NCBI GenBank assembly: GCA_964016885.1
Contig: OZ024746.1
Coordinates: 74,028,001-74,092,000, forward strand
Direction: 5' to 3'
Source of the DNA: Eledone cirrhosa
Taxonomy: Eukaryota
DNA length: 64,000 nucleotides
Shown: positions 60,008 to 64,000 of the stretch, one piece after another
How the letters are laid out: every line of letters starts with the position of its first letter
Position numbering within the stretch: position 1 is the first letter of the stretch
The notes under the pieces: model-generated
Told to the model about the DNA's origin: nothing
Database searches by the model: none
What the model saw: the letters and a program-made list of their open reading frames with translations, nothing else
Position numbers and translations under genes: made by a program

Positions 60008-60214
60008 TGTCCCAAAATGTATGCACTTTTCAACAGCATTCTAATAAAATTGTGTATACATTTTTGCAGACACCCTGTATATATACATATATATATATAT
60101 ATAAATATATATATATAAATATATATGTATATATATATGTATGTATATATATATGTACATATATATATATATTAATATATATATGCACATATATATACGT
60201 ATATATATATATAT

Positions 60215-60285
<71 letters not shown>

Positions 60286-60725
60286 TATATATATATATAT
60301 ACACACAAATATATTGCATATATTTACCAAAGTACTAAACAACGTACGTATGTAAACGTTATCTCTGGCTTGTGTGTAAATGTCACAAGTAATTAACACA
60401 CGACATAGGTTTATAAACGTGAGTGTATATTTCAACGTTTCTTATCGCTACTTAAACTGACATAATCTACGTTCGAAACGTTCCCTGTCTCCTTTATTTC
60501 TACATATCTTACCTATGCTATTCTCTACTGTCTTTTCTATATTCTTAATCTTTTCCATTCTATGTTAGTTGATTCTTCGTTTCTTCTATATATTTTTTTT
60601 ACTTTAACATCTTTATCTACTTATAGCAATTTTCCATTCTTTTCACCCACCATATTCTGTATAGACACACACATTCACACACAAACACACACACACATCT
60701 ATGTATGTATGTATATATATATATT

Positions 60726-60785
<60 letters not shown>

Positions 60786-60846
60786 GAGAGAGAGGGACAC
60801 AGAGAGAGAGAAATATATATAGAAATATACGAACATGTGTATATAT

Positions 60847-60906
<60 letters not shown>

Positions 60907-60986
60907 ACACATGTATATATATCTGTCAGTATATATATATATATATAGTCACATATATGTATATATTCATATACTCACATATGTGC

Positions 60987-61064
<78 letters not shown>

Positions 61065-62099
61065 GTTTGTGTGTGTACGTGTATATGTGTGTGTATACAT
61101 CCAATTATATCTTCATATATACAGTGTGTAACAGAAATGGCACCAATGTTATAAATATACACATTTTAAATATATAGATATGTAAATATGCTGAAAATAG
61201 GAATTTTCCTGTGAATTGAAATTATAAAAATATTTTATCGATTTTTGGACCAAGTTGAGCTTTCATCAGGAGGTGTGTATATAATCTAAACCACCACTTA
61301 TTTGTTGGGTATATATACCCATTCTCTCATAGTAGTGTTCTTAATAGACGTACTAATTTGCGTATAATTAGTGTTCGTTTGGTAGCTAATTATGTTATAT
61401 ATTAAAAAGTACGTTAAGCAGCTGAAGTGAAAGTGAAAGTTATATCTGTATATATACTCTGTGGATAACCGTGACTGCACTAATGTTTATATAAATATAT
61501 ATATTTCTAATATATATACATATAAACATGCCGAAATTCGATTAAATGTCTCCATAATTTATGTGTGTATATATTTTGTATAATTAATATATATATTTTG
61601 TATAATTGTATAATTAATTTATATTAATTCACGGGAAAATCTTGTGTATATATATACACGAAAACCCTCTGTAGTTTTCCACTTACAAGCATACCGTTGT
61701 CTGACCAACATATAATCAATATTTGCCCCGTTGAATTGGCAAAATTCAAAAGCTAATCGATATAAATGTAAGAACTCTTAAGCTATTTAGTGGGGACATG
61801 CAGATTACATTTCTCACACATGGAAACTGGGTGAACGTTAAAATCATTCGAATCATCGTACGAGACCCGGGTAGTATCACCGATGTAACATATTTAACAA
61901 CAGACGAACAGTCGGTATCTATCTCGTACATGATATATTTAGCTTAGCCATTATTAAGCTTTCTCCTAAAAACATTGGAAGAATTTACTCAATGCAACAA
62001 CAAAATGAATAAATATAGAAAAGTTCACTGTGAAGATTGTACATGAGTACTTTAGACGATAGACAATACAGGGTTAAACCATATTAAAACCTAACATGA

Positions 62100-62600
62100 A
62101 TCTTGCAGCAAGTTAATAACATCCTTTGTTGAAGGATACCTCCGTGCAATCTAGGGACGAGAAAATCCTAACATGTAACTACAGCACAAAAGTGGAAAGC
62201 TCTCAGCTAACAATGATTGTCGACTCTGCCGAATAAAGACAGAAGATTTTGTCCAAATTATTTCCAACAGGAAAAAAATGACTTCTCGTTACTATCTTCG
62301 CATAAGACGTGATGTACTAGCCAGGCACAATACATTACAGATGACGAATATAAGAACAAATAGGAATGAACATATTGAGACTGGTGATTAAAAGGAATAT
62401 TTATTGGTTTAGCGTAATATAAAATATAAATTACCAACAAATTAAAATACAACCGACCTGATATTGTTGCTTGGGGCCAGACTTTGAAGGACAAAACCTA
62501 CAGACCAATCCACCTGGGCCAAAGTATAACAGAACTTGGATTCTTGGAGAAATTGTGCAGCTCCATTATCCACATAGTTTGGAAAGTGAGATATATATAA
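62100..62600 (+). pseudogene. Decayed R4/Dong-type (RLE-bearing) LINE C-terminal fragment
   Basis: VEGYLRAI*...NNDCRLCRIKTEDFVQIIS, MTSRYYLRIRRDVLAR (resembling the RHD motif) and KLKYNRPDIVAW (RLE PD motif). Confidence 0.75.
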
Positions 62601-63306
62601 AATATTGTTTAGATTCTAAGGATGAAGGATTGCACAGAACTTTTTCTTTTTTTCTTTTATAACTTTGCCGCCAAGAAGATGGCCGGTCAAAAATTAACTC
62701 GAAATTGTAAGAGAAAAATAACCAAACAAAAAATACCTACATACCTACATACACACAAGTGCAGGCATATATGATAAACAAAACAGCAACAGCAGTGACA
62801 ACTACGGTAACTTCAACAATAAACCTTCTACGAACAACCAAAATACAACAGCAACAACAACAGCCTAAACGCCTGTAAATCGTTTGCCAGTAATGGTTTT
62901 ATGACTTTGTAACTGTCTATTTTAGTAAAGAACCTCATAAAATAGTAACATTCTACCCATATTAAACCCTCATTCCTCTCCTCTCTTTCCCCTCGCCTCA
63001 TCTGTTCTTTCTTTCCTTACATTTTCTTCTTCGTTCTATTTCCTCTTCTTCCCAACTTTACTTTCACCCGTTCTATATACCATTTCATAGTCATTTACCC
63101 GTTATATTTTATTTATTTATCATTATTTTTGTTGTTCGTTTATGTTGTTGTACCCTTTTATTTATTATTATTATTATTGATATTATTATTATTTTGTTTT
63201 TCTTCTTCATAATCATCCTTTCCAGCATCATCATTATCAATGCCATCATCATTATTATTAACAATACTGCTACTGGTGCTGATCTTGTTATTTATTTATT
63301 ATATAT

Positions 63307-63390
<84 letters not shown>

Positions 63391-63391
63391 C

Positions 63392-63492
<101 letters not shown>

Positions 63493-63505
63493 CACAACTA
63501 TATAA

Positions 63506-63596
<91 letters not shown>

Positions 63597-63616
63597 ACTA
63601 TATAAATATGTATATA

Positions 63617-63659
<43 letters not shown>

Positions 63660-64000
63660 TTTGGGCTATTTACTTAGTTTTAACGATAGCGAAACAGTAG
63701 AGGGTTTTATGGTTATCTTGGAAGGCATCAGCCCAAGCCATTTATCAGATGAAAAGATATTATCCAAGAGATATTCCATTATTGCTGAGAAGTTGTCAGC
63801 ATGTCTGGCAGAATGGATGCGTTCAAAATATATAATAGCCGGGCAATTAGGTAAAGAACTTCAAGATACTGCAGGATAGGAGCGGTGAGGGAAGCAGGAG
63901 GGGCGCGGCACGGGAGGAGAACATGTACTATTATCAAGGTGTAGTTAGAGAGACATAGTAGGGGTGAGATGGCTATGGCTTGAACATTGATAGTGGAGTA

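Noticed and set aside
61230-61275. Possible minus-strand HHR (CTGATGA...AAAATCGATA)
   Set aside because: No GAAA with a paired stem II and no helix I. Similar weak hits at 4480-4515, 19985-20015, 21660 and 60445-60485 were also not counted.

Overview
AT-rich, microsatellite-saturated animal genomic DNA. The tRNA-derived SINE family and repeat landscape suggest an octopod cephalopod (inference). No host protein-coding exon can be supported; most ORFs in the supplied track are translations of (TA)n, (CA)n, (GA)n or trinucleotide repeats. Recognisable content: (1) three Penelope-like element (PLE) remnants at 52-59 kb, including a nearly intact Neptune-type RT plus GIY-YIG region; (2) decayed R4/Dong-type, CR1/L2-type and RTE-type LINE fragments; (3) several SINEs, three with clear target-site duplications. 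The main signal is a set of roughly 100-900 bp non-coding inserts lying in or beside (TA)n tracts. They belong to many sequence-unrelated families, carry type-I hammerhead ribozyme (HHR) motifs (17 complete or degenerate cores found by eye, two of them in coding PLEs, plus several 3' half-cores), and are very often arranged as fold-back inverted repeats with their 3' ends facing outward. At 29.2-31.8 kb three such families are nested into a composite palindrome containing seven HHR motifs. All structures were read by eye; no folding program or database search was run.
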